Part shown: one piece after another, positions 20,383-32,843 of the stretch
Layout: every line of letters begins with the position of its first letter
Position numbering within the stretch: position 1 is the first letter of the stretch
Assembly (NCBI RefSeq): GCF_049965315.1
Contig: NZ_JBMFWL010000003.1
Span: forward strand, 15,716 to 79,715
Direction of reading: 5' to 3'
From: Acidithiobacillus sp.
GTDB lineage: Bacteria > Pseudomonadota > Gammaproteobacteria > Acidithiobacillales > Acidithiobacillaceae
Length of the DNA stretch: 64,000 bases
The notes under the pieces: model-generated
Told to the model about the DNA's origin: nothing
Seen by the model: the letters and a program-made list of their open reading frames with translations, nothing else
The model's database searches: none
Program-made: the position numbers and the translations under genes

Positions 20383-21333
20383 CTAAAGCCGCGCCCCGTC
20401 ATTACGGTCGCGCGCACCCAGGAATTGCCTTTTGAGGACATGCTCGCGCTTCAGACCCAGCCATAGGGCCACGGGGCTGGCGACGAAGATGGACGAGTAG
20501 GTGCCGACGACCACGCCGATCACCAGGGCCGTCGCAAAACCGTGGATGACCGGCCCGCCGAAGAGGAACAGGGCCAGGGCCACCATGAAGGTGATAAAGC
20601 TGGTGATCACCGTTCGCGACAAGGTCTCGTTGATAGCGATGTTGAAGACCTGCATCACGTTGGCGTTGCGCTCCGCGCGCAGGTCTTCGCGCATACGGTC
20701 GAAGACCACCACGGTGTCGTTGAGGGAATAACCCATGATCACCAGGAGGGCGGCGATGACGGTCAGGGAGAATTCCATGTGCGTGACGGCGAAAAAGCCC
20801 ACCACGAGGATGGGATCATGGAGCATGGCCACGACGCCGCCCACGGCGAAGCGCCACTCGAAGCGCAACCCCACATAAATGAGGATGCCCACCGTCACCA
20901 GCAGGAGAGCCATCATCCCCTTGTTGCGCAACTCCTTGCCCACCTCGGGCCCGACATACTCGGTGCGCCGCAACTGCACGCCGGGATAATCGGCACTGGC
21001 CTGCTGAAAGACATTGAGGATCTTCTGGCCCACGGCGCTGGTCTCCCCCGGCACCGTCCGCAGGCGGATGAGGAGGTCCCGGTCACCGCCGAAGGTCTGT
21101 ACGACGCCGTCGGAGAATCCGGCCTGCGCCAGAGTATTGCGCACGTCGCCCAGGGCCGGCGTTTTGCTGAAGGCCAGTTCCACCAGGGTGCCGCCGGTAA
21201 AGTCGATGCTGTAATTGAGGCCGCGCACGAGAAAAACGGCGATGGAGGCAAGGATCAGGAGACCCGAAACGCCCATGAAGATCCAGCGGCGTGACATGAA
21301 ATCCACATGGGTACGACGTTTAAAGAGTTCCAT
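20383..21333 (-). CDS. secF: Protein translocase subunit SecF
   Basis: 316 aa. MELFKRRTHVDFMSRRWIFMGVS N-terminus, six TM segments, DTVVVFDRMRE block. Confidence 0.9.
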   Translation of the reverse strand: MELFKRRTHVDFMSRRWIFMGVSGLLILASIAVFLVRGLNYSIDFTGGTLVELAFSKTPALGDVRNTLAQAGFSDGVVQTFGGDRDLLIRLRTVPGETSAVGQKILNVFQQASADYPGVQLRRTEYVGPEVGKELRNKGMMALLLVTVGILIYVGLRFEWRFAVGGVVAMLHDPILVVGFFAVTHMEFSLTVIAALLVIMGYSLNDTVVVFDRMREDLRAERNANVMQVFNIAINETLSRTVITSFITFMVALALFLFGGPVIHGFATALVIGVVVGTYSSIFVASPVALWLGLKREHVLKRQFLGARDRNDGARL

Positions 21334-21340
21334 GGCTTCC

Positions 21341-23125
21341 TCAGAGATACAGTTTCTGGACGCGCCGCTTGCCCAGCATGAGTTCGATGATGCCGTGGCT
21401 CATCATCGTGGCGGTAAACATGGAGGTGAGCACGCCAATGGTCAGGACCAGGGCAAAGCCCTTGATGGCGCCGGTGCCGAACTGAAAGAGCACCAGGGAG
21501 GCGATGAGCACGGTGACGTTGGAATCGACGATGGTGGCGAAGGCCTTTTTGAAGCCGGCATCAATGGCCGCCCGGGGGCTCATGCCCAGACGCAGCTCCT
21601 CCCGGATCCGTTCAAAGACCAGTACGTTGGCATCCACCGCCAGGCCGATCTTGAGCACGATACCGGCGATGCCCGGCAGGGTCAGGGTACCGCCCATGAT
21701 GGACAGAACCGCCAGGATCGCCAGGATGTTGACGAAAATGGCGAGGTCGGCGATGAGGCCGAAGGCCCGGTAATAGAAGGTCATGAACAGGACCACAAAG
21801 GCCATGCCGAAGATCACCGCCATCACCCCGTCATGGATGGAGTCCTGGCCCAGGGTGGGCCCCACCGTGCGTTCCTCGGAGACATTGACCGGCGCGGGCA
21901 AGGCCCCGGCGCGCAGCTCGATGGCGACATTGCTGGCCTCTTTGAGGTTGGCAAAGCCGTCGATCTGGGCGCGCCCGCCGGTGATGGCCTCACGGATCAC
22001 CGGCGCCGTGACCACCTTGTTGTCCAGGAGGATGGCCATGCGCTGGCCCACATGCTGGCTGGTGAGTTCACCGAAGATCCGTGTCCCCTCGCTGTCGAAG
22101 CTCACATCGACCACCGACTGACCAGTGTTGTTGTCGATGCCGCCGCTGGCGTTGCTCAGGTAACGGCCCGTCAGCACCGTCTGCTTTTCCAGGAGATAGG
22201 GCGTGCCGTTGCTCCCGTAGTAAATGGCGTCTCCCGGCGGCACATCCCCTTTCAGGGCCGCTGCCAGGTTATGTTGCTCGTCCACCATCTTGAACTCCAG
22301 TTGGGCGGTGGAGCCGATGATGGATTTGGCACGCTGGGTATCCTGCACGCCGGGCAGTTGGACGGCGATGTGATCCTGTCCCTGGCGCTGGATGACGGGT
22401 TCGGACACGCCCAACTGGTCGATCCGATTGCGGATGACCACAATGGCCTGCTGCAGGGCTTCGTCGGTCATGCGTGTGATGGCCTCGGGTTGCAGTCCCA
22501 CATCCAGGACGGCGCCATGGTCCACCTTGACCGCCAGATCGGGAAAGTGCTGGGTAATGGCCGCCTGGGCCTGGGTAGCTACGCCGGCATTCTCCATTTC
22601 CACCGTCAAGGCCTGGGGCCCGGTCTGATTGATGGCCAGGTATTGAAGGTTCTCATGGCGCAGGAAGGTGCGCAGGTCATTGCTGTCGCGTTCCACGGCG
22701 TGCTTGATCACCGCCCCGGTATCGACGCGCAAGAGCAGATAAACGCCACCGCGCAAGTCCAGGCCCAAATTGACGGGTTTGCCGCCGATGGCCGCCAGCC
22801 AGTCGGGCTGCGCCGAGACCTGCGACAGGATCACCTGCGCATTGGCGGGCAGTTTGCCCTGCAGCAGGGTTTCCGCCTGGCCCTGGGCGTTTTCATTGGG
22901 AAAGAAAAAAGTGCTGCCTTGGGCATCGCTCTTGACCCGCGTCACGCCGATTCCGGCGCCCTGCAGCCATTGCTCCATGGTCGCAACGGGCGGCAGGATG
23001 GTGCCCACCGGCGCCCGCACCTGCACTGCAGCGTGCCAGCCATAGAGATTGGGCAGCGCATAAAGCAGGGATGGCAGGACGACAGCCAGGATGATGAGAT
23101 ACTTCCAGAACGGATAGCGGGTCAT
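21341..23125 (-). CDS. secD: Protein translocase subunit SecD
   Basis: 594 aa. MTRYPFWKYLIILAVVL, LGLDLRGGVYLLL, periplasmic P1 domain, C-terminal six-TM bundle (GIAGIVLKIGLAVDANVLVFERIREE). Confidence 0.9.
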   Translation of the reverse strand: MTRYPFWKYLIILAVVLPSLLYALPNLYGWHAAVQVRAPVGTILPPVATMEQWLQGAGIGVTRVKSDAQGSTFFFPNENAQGQAETLLQGKLPANAQVILSQVSAQPDWLAAIGGKPVNLGLDLRGGVYLLLRVDTGAVIKHAVERDSNDLRTFLRHENLQYLAINQTGPQALTVEMENAGVATQAQAAITQHFPDLAVKVDHGAVLDVGLQPEAITRMTDEALQQAIVVIRNRIDQLGVSEPVIQRQGQDHIAVQLPGVQDTQRAKSIIGSTAQLEFKMVDEQHNLAAALKGDVPPGDAIYYGSNGTPYLLEKQTVLTGRYLSNASGGIDNNTGQSVVDVSFDSEGTRIFGELTSQHVGQRMAILLDNKVVTAPVIREAITGGRAQIDGFANLKEASNVAIELRAGALPAPVNVSEERTVGPTLGQDSIHDGVMAVIFGMAFVVLFMTFYYRAFGLIADLAIFVNILAILAVLSIMGGTLTLPGIAGIVLKIGLAVDANVLVFERIREELRLGMSPRAAIDAGFKKAFATIVDSNVTVLIASLVLFQFGTGAIKGFALVLTIGVLTSMFTATMMSHGIIELMLGKRRVQKLYL

Positions 23126-23134
23126 GACAAGCCT

Positions 23135-23476
23135 TTAGAGTTTCTTGATGGTCCCCTTGGGGAGCAGCAGGGTGACGGCCGCCTTCTGGATCTTGACCAC
23201 CACCCCTTCCGCCACTTCCAGGTGCAGATATTCATCCCCTACCTGCATGACCCGCCCCAACAGCCCACCCTGGGTCACCACTTCATCGCCCTTGGCGACG
23301 GAGGCGATGAGCTGCCGCTGCTCCTTGGCCTTTTTCATCTGGGGGCGGATCAGCAGAAAGTAAAAAATGGCAAAGATGACCAGCAGCGGGACAAACTGCA
23401 GCCAGACGGATTCCGGGCCGGCGGCCCCAGCAGGGGCGCCGGCAGCGAAGGCGCTGGTGATGGGCGAGAGATTCAT
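23135..23476 (-). CDS. yajC: Preprotein translocase subunit YajC
   Basis: Start trimmed to ATG 23476 (MNLSPITSAF...), because the longer track ORF overlaps tgt. FYFLLIRPQMKKAKEQRQL signature. 113 aa. Confidence 0.85.
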   Translation of the reverse strand: MNLSPITSAFAAGAPAGAAGPESVWLQFVPLLVIFAIFYFLLIRPQMKKAKEQRQLIASVAKGDEVVTQGGLLGRVMQVGDEYLHLEVAEGVVVKIQKAAVTLLLPKGTIKKL

Positions 23477-23516
23477 GGACGCTCCTGGATTCGGCAGAGG
23501 GCCGCCATTGTAGCCG

Positions 23517-25687
<2,171 letters not shown>

Positions 25688-25696
25688 AAAAACCTG

Positions 25697-27037
25697 CTAG
25701 CTGAACCATTCTTCGCCCGTCTGCTGCGGATGCGGCAGTACCTGCACCAACTGGATACGCGGGCCCTCGCGTTTGAGCACCAGCACATCAAAATCCGGAA
25801 AGACCACCCGCTCGCCCTCGTCGGGCAGGCGCTCCAGGCGGCGCATCAAGAGACCACCCACCGTATCCGCTTCGCTTTCCTCGATGGGAAAATCCAGCGC
25901 CCGTTCCAGCGAGTAGACGGACAAGCTGCCGGAACCGATCAGACTGCCATCGGCGCGGCGCTTCCAGTCGAACTTGTGATGCCGGAATTCATCCTGAATT
26001 TCGCCCAGCAATGCCTCCAGGACATGATCCAGGGTAACAAATCCGGTGATGGTACCCAAATCATCCACGACCAGCGCAAAATGCGGATGGCCACTGCGAA
26101 AATGCGCCAGGAGGTCCATGGCCGGAAGGTGCTTGGGCACCGCCGGCAAGGGCCGCAACAGGCGGCGCAAGTCCGGCTCGGCGTTGCGGCCGGCAAAGGC
26201 CGCAAAGGCGTCTTTGACGTGCAACAGGCCCACCACATGCTGGCGATCGCCGGCACAGACCGGGTAGCGGGTGAAACGATGGCGCTCCATGACCTGGCGA
26301 TTGGCCGCCGCCGAATCGTCCAGCAGCAGGCACACCATCTCGGCCGCCGGACGCATGAGATCCCCCGCCGTCAGTTCGGTAAATTCCAGCACCCGTTCCA
26401 GGATATCGCCGGTGCGTCGCCCCAGCGCCCCCTGGGCCTGACTCAAGGCCAGGATCATGCTGAGTTCGTCCCGGGTATGGGGCGCATCCTCTGCGGCACG
26501 CTGGCCGTTCAGGCGGAATAGCCGCAGAACCAGGCTGGACGCCCCGTTGAGCACCCGAATGGCCGGATAAAAAAGCCAATAAAAGGCATAAAGGGGCACC
26601 CCCGTCCACAGGGAAACCGCTTCCACCTTACGGATGGCCAGGGATTTCGGCACCAGCTCGCCCAGGACGATGTGGGTAAAAGAGATGAGCGCAAAGGCGA
26701 TGGTGAAGGACAGCGCCGCCCGCACTTCGCCATGCCCGATACCCCATGCCGCAAAGACCGGCTGGAACAGCCGCGCCACCACCGGCTCCCCCACCCAGCC
26801 CAGGGCCAGTGAGGCCAGGGTGATGCCGAGTTGGGTAGCGGAGAGGTAAACATCCAGATGACGGCTCATGGCCAGGAGGATGCGGCCCCGCAGTCCAAAG
26901 TCCTGAGCCATGGTCCGCGCCCGCGTCCCGCGCAGGCGAACCAGGGCAAACTCCGCGGCCACAAAAAAACCGTTGAGCAAAATGAGCAGGAGGGCTAGCA
27001 GCAGACCCAGGAGGTCATGCACCATCATCACCCGCAA
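25697..27037 (-). CDS. CNNM/HlyC-CorC family transporter (DUF21 + CBS pair + CorC_HlyC)
   Basis: 446 aa. N-terminal four-TM DUF21 domain (NGFFVAAEFALVRLR), a CBS pair, and a C-terminal transporter-associated domain (DGSLIGSGSLSVYSLERAL). Confidence 0.8.
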   Translation of the reverse strand: MRVMMVHDLLGLLLALLLILLNGFFVAAEFALVRLRGTRARTMAQDFGLRGRILLAMSRHLDVYLSATQLGITLASLALGWVGEPVVARLFQPVFAAWGIGHGEVRAALSFTIAFALISFTHIVLGELVPKSLAIRKVEAVSLWTGVPLYAFYWLFYPAIRVLNGASSLVLRLFRLNGQRAAEDAPHTRDELSMILALSQAQGALGRRTGDILERVLEFTELTAGDLMRPAAEMVCLLLDDSAAANRQVMERHRFTRYPVCAGDRQHVVGLLHVKDAFAAFAGRNAEPDLRRLLRPLPAVPKHLPAMDLLAHFRSGHPHFALVVDDLGTITGFVTLDHVLEALLGEIQDEFRHHKFDWKRRADGSLIGSGSLSVYSLERALDFPIEESEADTVGGLLMRRLERLPDEGERVVFPDFDVLVLKREGPRIQLVQVLPHPQQTGEEWFS

Positions 27038-27057
27038 AAAGAGAGGAAAGCCTCAGA

Positions 27058-27693
27058 TCAACTGGAACTAGCAAGGAGATGTTCCAGCTCCGCAAAACTC
27101 TGCACCACACCCGTCGATTGGATCTTGACCCCCAACTGTCGGCCGATCTGGCTGATGGAAAAGATCCCCCGGATCTGCGGCGGGTCACCGGCCTCCATGA
27201 CCAGAGCGTGCTGTCGTCCCGCCTCGCGCAGGGTGAGCACCACATCCCCGACGGTGGAGCGCTCCACCTCGGCGAGATCCAGGACCTCGATCTGGCCCTC
27301 CGGCACCATGATTTCTCCCACTTTCACGGCATCACGCGGGATCCGGTTTTCGGCGGCGAGCCGCACGGGTTTTTCGCCCATGATGTCACGGGCCGTAACC
27401 AGACCGACCACGGCGGCGTACTCCCCCAGCACCAGGAGCAAACGCACCCCGGCATGCATCATGCGCTGCATGGCCACATCAATGGCGCTATCGGCCGGAA
27501 TCGTCACGGCAGGCACCCGGCGCAGATCGGTCATCACCGCAAGGGCCGGATCGGTAATCTCCACCCGCGCCGGCAAGCCGCTATCGAAAGAGCAAATCAG
27601 CGTGCCGGGCAGGAGCCGGCTGCGATGTAAGGGGCGGAATCTGGTCATGTCATTGTCTCCATAAGTCGGTTTTTCGATAAACGGCCGCAGCAT
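27058..27693 (-). CDS. CBS domain-containing protein
   Basis: 211 aa (start could instead be ATG 27648). Two CBS repeats (...GVRLLLVLGEYAAVVGLVTARDI..., ...QHALVMEAGDPPQIRGIFSISQI). Confidence 0.65.
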   Translation of the reverse strand: MLRPFIEKPTYGDNDMTRFRPLHRSRLLPGTLICSFDSGLPARVEITDPALAVMTDLRRVPAVTIPADSAIDVAMQRMMHAGVRLLLVLGEYAAVVGLVTARDIMGEKPVRLAAENRIPRDAVKVGEIMVPEGQIEVLDLAEVERSTVGDVVLTLREAGRQHALVMEAGDPPQIRGIFSISQIGRQLGVKIQSTGVVQSFAELEHLLASSS

Positions 27694-27764
27694 TCATCGC
27701 GAATCGATTGCATCAGGGAAAAACAGGCCGAGCAGGGGATCCCATGCCTTCAGCATAGCGCAAA

Positions 27765-28964
27765 TCACGGCACGGCCATGGCGGCAAAGCCGCGCAGGAG
27801 ATCATCACGCAGGTCGTCGACATGTTCCAGACCCACGCTGATGCGCAGCAGGCCGTCCCCGATCCCCGCCGCCGCCCGCGCCTCGGGGCTGATCCGGCTA
27901 TGGGTGGTGCTGGCGGGATGGGTAACCGTGCTTTTCGTATCGCCCAGATTGGCGGTCAGGGACAGGAGACGCAGACCGTTGACGAAGCGCCAGGCCGCCG
28001 GCTGCCCCCCGCGCACGTCAAAAGAGAGTATTCCACCCGGCAGGCTTTGCTGTGCCGCCGCCAGGCTGCGCTGGGGGTGACTCGCCAGCCCCGGATAATA
28101 GACCCGCGCCACCTCCGGCCGCGCCTCCAGCCACTCCGCCAGCGCCTGGGCATTCTGGCAGTGCCGTTCCATGCGCAGGGCAAGGGTCTCCAGCCCCTTG
28201 AGCTGAACCCAGGCATTGAAGGGGCTCAAACTCGGGCCCGCCGTGCGCACGAAATTGCGCGGCCCGGTGAGCATCTCGGCGCTGCCGCAGATGGCCCCGC
28301 CCAGGGTTCGCCCCTGACCATCCAGGTATTTGGTCGCCGAATGCACCACCAGATCCGCCCCCAGGGAGAGGGGCCTTTGCAGGGCCGGGGTGCAAAAACA
28401 GTTATCCACCACCAGCCAAGCGCCATGCCCATGGGCGAGATCCGCCAGGGCGCGGATATCGCCGATCTCCGTCAGGGGATTGCTGGGCGTTTCCAGAAAG
28501 AGCATGCGGGTATTGGGGCGCAGCGCCGCCGCCCAGGCCGCCGGATCGGCAAGGGCCACAAAACTGGTCTCCACGCCAAAACGCCCCAGGATATTGCTCA
28601 GCAGTTGCACCGTGGTGCCAAAAATGGAACGGGAGGCAATGACATGGTCGCCCGCCTGCAGAAGGCCCATGAAGGTGGTCAGGCACGCCGCCATCCCCGA
28701 TGCCGTGGCCAAACCTGCCTCGGCGCCTTCCAGAGCCGCCAGCCGCTCCTCAAAGGTGCGCACGGTGGGATTGGTGAAACGCGCATAGATATTGCCCGGG
28801 CTGCGGCCCGCAAAGCGCGCCGCAGCCTCCTCCGCCGACTGGAAGACAAAACTGGAGGTAGGAAAAATCGGCTCGCTATGTTCCTGCTCTGCCGTGCGAT
28901 GGATCCCGGCACGGATGCCCAGGGTTTCGGGCCGCAGGCCCTCTTGCCAGTCTTGGGCGCTCAT
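27765..28964 (-). CDS. metZ: O-succinylhomoserine sulfhydrylase (Cys/Met-metabolism PLP enzyme)
   Basis: 399 aa. RPETLGIRAGIHRTAEQEHSEPIFPTSSFVF, NIYARFTNPTV, VHSATKYLDGQGR (PLP lysine). Confidence 0.8.
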   Translation of the reverse strand: MSAQDWQEGLRPETLGIRAGIHRTAEQEHSEPIFPTSSFVFQSAEEAAARFAGRSPGNIYARFTNPTVRTFEERLAALEGAEAGLATASGMAACLTTFMGLLQAGDHVIASRSIFGTTVQLLSNILGRFGVETSFVALADPAAWAAALRPNTRMLFLETPSNPLTEIGDIRALADLAHGHGAWLVVDNCFCTPALQRPLSLGADLVVHSATKYLDGQGRTLGGAICGSAEMLTGPRNFVRTAGPSLSPFNAWVQLKGLETLALRMERHCQNAQALAEWLEARPEVARVYYPGLASHPQRSLAAAQQSLPGGILSFDVRGGQPAAWRFVNGLRLLSLTANLGDTKSTVTHPASTTHSRISPEARAAAGIGDGLLRISVGLEHVDDLRDDLLRGFAAMAVP

Positions 28965-30430
28965 CGCACCTCCTGCATGAGATATAGTTGGCGAGGACCC
29001 TTCCCCTCGGGGGTCGGCAACGGGTAATCATCACTAAAACACGCGTCGCAGTACCCTTTCTCGCGCCCGCCTACGGCTTCATACAAGGCATCCAGGGTAA
29101 TATAGCCCAGGGTATCGGCGCCGATCATCTTGCGCACTTCCTCGATACTGTGCTGCGCGGCAATGAGCTGAGAGCGGTCCGGCGTATCGATGCCGTAGTA
29201 ACAAGGCCCAATGGTGGGCGGTGCGCTCACCACGAAATGCACCTCCCTGGCACCGGCCGCGCGGACCAGATTCACGATCTTGGCGCTGGTGGTACCGCGC
29301 ACGATGGAGTCATCCACCAGGATCACCCGTTTACCGCGCAGGATATGGGGCTGTGCGTTGAGTTTGACCTTTACGCCGAAATCGCGGCCCCGTTGCGCCG
29401 GCTGAATGAAGGTACGTCCCACATAGTGGTTACGGATGAGCCCCAGTTCGAAAGGCAGCCCCGACTGCTCCGCATAACCCAGGGCGGCGGCGACCCCGGA
29501 ATCGGGGACCGGCACCACCACGTCGGCATCGCGGGGATGCAGCTTGGCCAGGGCACGGCCGATCTGCTTGCGCGCCGAATAGACATGGATGCCATCCAGC
29601 ACGCTATCGGGACGAGCGAAGTAAATATACTCGAAAACGCACATGCGCCGCGCTTCCGCAGTAAAGGGGCGGCGGCTTTCGATACCCTCGCGGGAGATGA
29701 TGATCAGCTCCCCCGGCTCGATATCACGCACGAATTCGGCGCCCATCAGATCCAGGGCACAGGTCTCCGAGGCCAGAACAAAACCACCGGACTCAATCAG
29801 TCGCCCCAGCACCAAGGGACGGAAGCCCAGGGGATCGCGCACGCCAATGAGCCGCGTCTCCGTCAGACAGACCAGTGAATAAGCCCCGGAGACCTGCCGC
29901 AGCGCCGCCGCCAGACGTGATCCCGCATCATTGCCCGGCATCCGCGCCAGGAGATGCACGATCACTTCCGTATCCATGTCGGTATGGAAAATGGCGCCCT
30001 CCCGCTCCAATTGGGTGCGCAAGGCATCGGCATTCACCAGATTGCCGTTATGGCCGATGGCAAAGGCGCCATGCCGATAATTGATGAACACCGGCTGGGT
30101 ATTGCGCAGGACCGAATCTCCAGCCGTCGAGTAGCGCACATGGCCGATGGCCTGCTGACCCGGCAACTTGGCAATCTCTCCCGGCCCAAAGACCTCCGCT
30201 ACACGCCCCATCCCGCGCTGGGCGTAGAGCTTGCCCTCTTGCGCCGAGACGATGCCGGCGGACTCCTGGCCCCGATGCTGCAAGGCATAGAGGCCCAGAT
30301 AGGCGAGGTTTGCGGCCTCGGGGTGGCCAAAAACGCCGATGACCCCACACTCGTCGTGAAAGTGATCATCATCCTGCGTGGAATGGTAAAGGGCTTCATT
30401 TTGCAAGGGAACTTGACTCCAGCAGGGCAA
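28961..30430 (-). CDS. purF: Amidophosphoribosyltransferase (propeptide and [4Fe-4S] type)
   Basis: The catalytic Cys lies in ...HFHDE-CGVIGVFG and is preceded by a leader with no in-frame ATG (TTG starts at 30430 or 30406). PRTase loop VILVDDSIVRGTT. C-terminal CDAC cysteine pair. Confidence 0.9.
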   Translation of the reverse strand: MPCWSQVPLQNEALYHSTQDDDHFHDECGVIGVFGHPEAANLAYLGLYALQHRGQESAGIVSAQEGKLYAQRGMGRVAEVFGPGEIAKLPGQQAIGHVRYSTAGDSVLRNTQPVFINYRHGAFAIGHNGNLVNADALRTQLEREGAIFHTDMDTEVIVHLLARMPGNDAGSRLAAALRQVSGAYSLVCLTETRLIGVRDPLGFRPLVLGRLIESGGFVLASETCALDLMGAEFVRDIEPGELIIISREGIESRRPFTAEARRMCVFEYIYFARPDSVLDGIHVYSARKQIGRALAKLHPRDADVVVPVPDSGVAAALGYAEQSGLPFELGLIRNHYVGRTFIQPAQRGRDFGVKVKLNAQPHILRGKRVILVDDSIVRGTTSAKIVNLVRAAGAREVHFVVSAPPTIGPCYYGIDTPDRSQLIAAQHSIEEVRKMIGADTLGYITLDALYEAVGGREKGYCDACFSDDYPLPTPEGKGPRQLYLMQEVR

Positions 30431-30896
30431 CGGCGGGCCCTGTCACCGCGTGGGAGACCAAGACGACCCCGGCCTGGGCCAGCCAGGACTGTCGCCACCA
30501 GGAGGCCTGTGCCAGCGCCGAAGACTGCACGCCGAAGGCCAACACCGCAATCAACAGCACACCGCGCAAGACGCCAAAAAATGCCCCCAACAGTCGGTCA
30601 GGGCCGCCCAAGCCCACCCCGTAAAAGATCTTGCGAACGAGCAGGGCCAGCAGCGTACCAGCGATCACAAAGCCAAGGAAGATGAGCAGGTCGGCCAGGG
30701 GTATTCGCAGCCATTGGGGGACCACCGGCGGCAGGGCGGGCGCGAGTCCGTGGGGGCCGAAGCGCCAGGCCGCATAAAGACCCAGGACCCAGGCCAGCAG
30801 CGACAGCACTTCGCGAATCATCCCCCGCAATAGTCCGAACAGCGCCGAAACGACGACCACCCCCAACGCCATGCCATCGACCCAGAGCATAGGCAC
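30396..30896 (-). CDS. cvpA: Colicin V production protein CvpA
   Basis: 166 aa, four TM segments, with GLLRGMIREVLSLLAWVLGLYAAWRF. Conserved cvpA-purF pairing. Confidence 0.85.
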   Translation of the reverse strand: MPMLWVDGMALGVVVVSALFGLLRGMIREVLSLLAWVLGLYAAWRFGPHGLAPALPPVVPQWLRIPLADLLIFLGFVIAGTLLALLVRKIFYGVGLGGPDRLLGAFFGVLRGVLLIAVLAFGVQSSALAQASWWRQSWLAQAGVVLVSHAVTGPAVALLESSSLAK

Positions 30897-30899
30897 CTC

Positions 30900-31550
30900 C
30901 TAAGGCCAGTGCCGCGGGAAACCCGAGAGCCGGAGATCCTGCCGCAGCCGGGCCGTGACCGCCATGGCTGCGGCCCGATCCGGAAGCGGCCCGATCCATA
31001 CGTGTTGTAAAGCGCTATCCGGCAATACTGCCAGACGCCCACTAAACCCTCTGCTGCGCACTCGCTCCAAGAGTTGCCGAGCCGGTCGCAGCGTGCCAAA
31101 GGCGCCCACTTGCACATACCAGCCCGGGGCAGGACGCGCTGGTTCCGTTGCGGCCAGCGGCGGATGTCCGAGCGATGACGGAGACAGCGCCGCTGGATTC
31201 GTGATCGGGCTCGGCTGGCTTGCCGCGCGGCCTGGCCGCTCCACCATCGCCGTCTTTGACCCGGATGGCCATGCCTTGCGGGAAATGACGGGCGCCGCCG
31301 CTGCGGCCCGCGGGGAAAGCGGCTCTGCACGTATGGGGCTTGGGGGCGGCGGCGCGGAGGGAGCGGGCGCCATGGCGGCGGATTCCCCGTGCAAGGGCAA
31401 AAGCACGGTCGGCCCCGCGACGCGGGGCATCTCGGGAACCTGCCGATGCCCGAGATAAAAGGCCATCCCGACACCCAGGAGCAACACCGGGAGCGCGAGC
31501 ATCACCGCCCGCCAACCCCGCTGGCCGGTTGCGCCGCCATCCCCCGCCAT
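30900..31550 (-). CDS. SPOR domain protein (DedD-like)
   Basis: Start trimmed to ATG 31550 (TAATG junction with the folC stop). One TM segment, a Pro/Ala-rich linker, and a C-terminal SPOR domain (GWYVQVGAFGTLRPARQLLERVRSRGF...VWIGPLPDRAAA). Confidence 0.65.
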   Translation of the reverse strand: MAGDGGATGQRGWRAVMLALPVLLLGVGMAFYLGHRQVPEMPRVAGPTVLLPLHGESAAMAPAPSAPPPPSPIRAEPLSPRAAAAAPVISRKAWPSGSKTAMVERPGRAASQPSPITNPAALSPSSLGHPPLAATEPARPAPGWYVQVGAFGTLRPARQLLERVRSRGFSGRLAVLPDSALQHVWIGPLPDRAAAMAVTARLRQDLRLSGFPRHWP

Positions 31551-32836
31551 TATCCCTCCTCCACCAGCCACGCCGCCGGCAATTGGCTCACCGTATGAAA
31601 GGATCCAAAGACCAGCAAGCAATCCCCCTGACCCAAGCCCCGCCGCGCCGCGTCCACGGCCTCAGGCACTCCCGGATGCGCGGTGCCGGATCCCACGCCG
31701 AGAACCTGGAGCACCTGTATCAGCTCCCCGGCTGTGGCCGCACGCGTCGTATCGTTAATATTGACACAATGCCAGGCATCTACCAAGGGCAGCAAAGGGG
31801 TCAGGTTGCCGGCCAAGTCCTTGTCTTTCAACATGCCCACCACGGCATGGCAGCGGCCCCCTCCCTTCCGGGCGGCCAGAAAGGCGGCGAGCTGACGGAT
31901 CGCCTGGGGGTTGTGCGCCACATCGGCAAGCAGTATCGGTCCCGCCGGACCCCACGGCCGCAATTCCTGACAACGGCCCGGCAAGCGCAGCCGCTCCGTC
32001 CCCTGCGCCAAGGCTTGTACCGGCACCGGCAGACGCTTCTGCAGCAGTTGGACGCTCGCCCAGGCCACGGCGATGTTCGTCCACTGTCCTTCTCCGCAAA
32101 GGCGGGGAGGAGGCAAGGGAAGGCGCACGCCCCCCCATCCCTCCCAGACCCTTTTCCCGCCATGGCCGTCCACCCGGAAATCCCGCCCCAAGCGGTATAA
32201 GGGCGCATTTAGGACGCGGGCCTGGGCCTCCACACTGGGACAGGGATCCAGATCGCCATATACGGCCGGCACCTGCGGGCGCAGAATCCCGGCCTTTTCC
32301 CGGCCGATGGCCGCGCGGCTGGCTCCCAGCCAGGCCTGATGGTCGAGATCCACGGTTGTGACCACGCTGCAGTCGGGAGTAAAGGCATTGACCGCATCCA
32401 GGCGCCCGCCGAGGCCGACTTCGAGGATGGCGACATCCACCGCCGCCGCCGCGATCATGAGTACCGCCGCCAGGGTGGATATTTCAAAAAAAGTCAGCGG
32501 CGTAGCGGCGCTGGCGTCTTTCACTCGCCACAGATGGGTCTGCCACAACTCTGCCTTGGCGACACGCCCATCAAGGCGCAAGCGTTCCTCGAATCGCCAC
32601 AGATGCGGGCTGGTATAAGCGGCGGTATGGTAGCCCGCAGCGGCGTAGATGGCCTCCAGGGTCGCCACGGTGGAACCCTTGCCATTGGTACCCGCAACCA
32701 GAATGGTGGGCATGGGCAAGCGCGCCTGCAGGTCCAGGCGCGCCATCACCGCCTGCATACGCTCCAGGCCCATGACCATCCCTTCGGGCGGGCCGGCAAG
32801 GGCGCTGACCCAGGCGCTAAGGGGATCCATGCCCAT
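31550..32836 (-). CDS. folC: Bifunctional folylpolyglutamate synthase / dihydrofolate synthase
   Basis: Start trimmed to downstream of the accD stop (ATG 32836 or 32830). Mur-ligase P-loop VAGTNGKGST and HLWRFEERLRLDG. Confidence 0.85.
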   Translation of the reverse strand: MGMDPLSAWVSALAGPPEGMVMGLERMQAVMARLDLQARLPMPTILVAGTNGKGSTVATLEAIYAAAGYHTAAYTSPHLWRFEERLRLDGRVAKAELWQTHLWRVKDASAATPLTFFEISTLAAVLMIAAAAVDVAILEVGLGGRLDAVNAFTPDCSVVTTVDLDHQAWLGASRAAIGREKAGILRPQVPAVYGDLDPCPSVEAQARVLNAPLYRLGRDFRVDGHGGKRVWEGWGGVRLPLPPPRLCGEGQWTNIAVAWASVQLLQKRLPVPVQALAQGTERLRLPGRCQELRPWGPAGPILLADVAHNPQAIRQLAAFLAARKGGGRCHAVVGMLKDKDLAGNLTPLLPLVDAWHCVNINDTTRAATAGELIQVLQVLGVGSGTAHPGVPEAVDAARRGLGQGDCLLVFGSFHTVSQLPAAWLVEEG

Positions 32837-32843
32837 ACACCCT

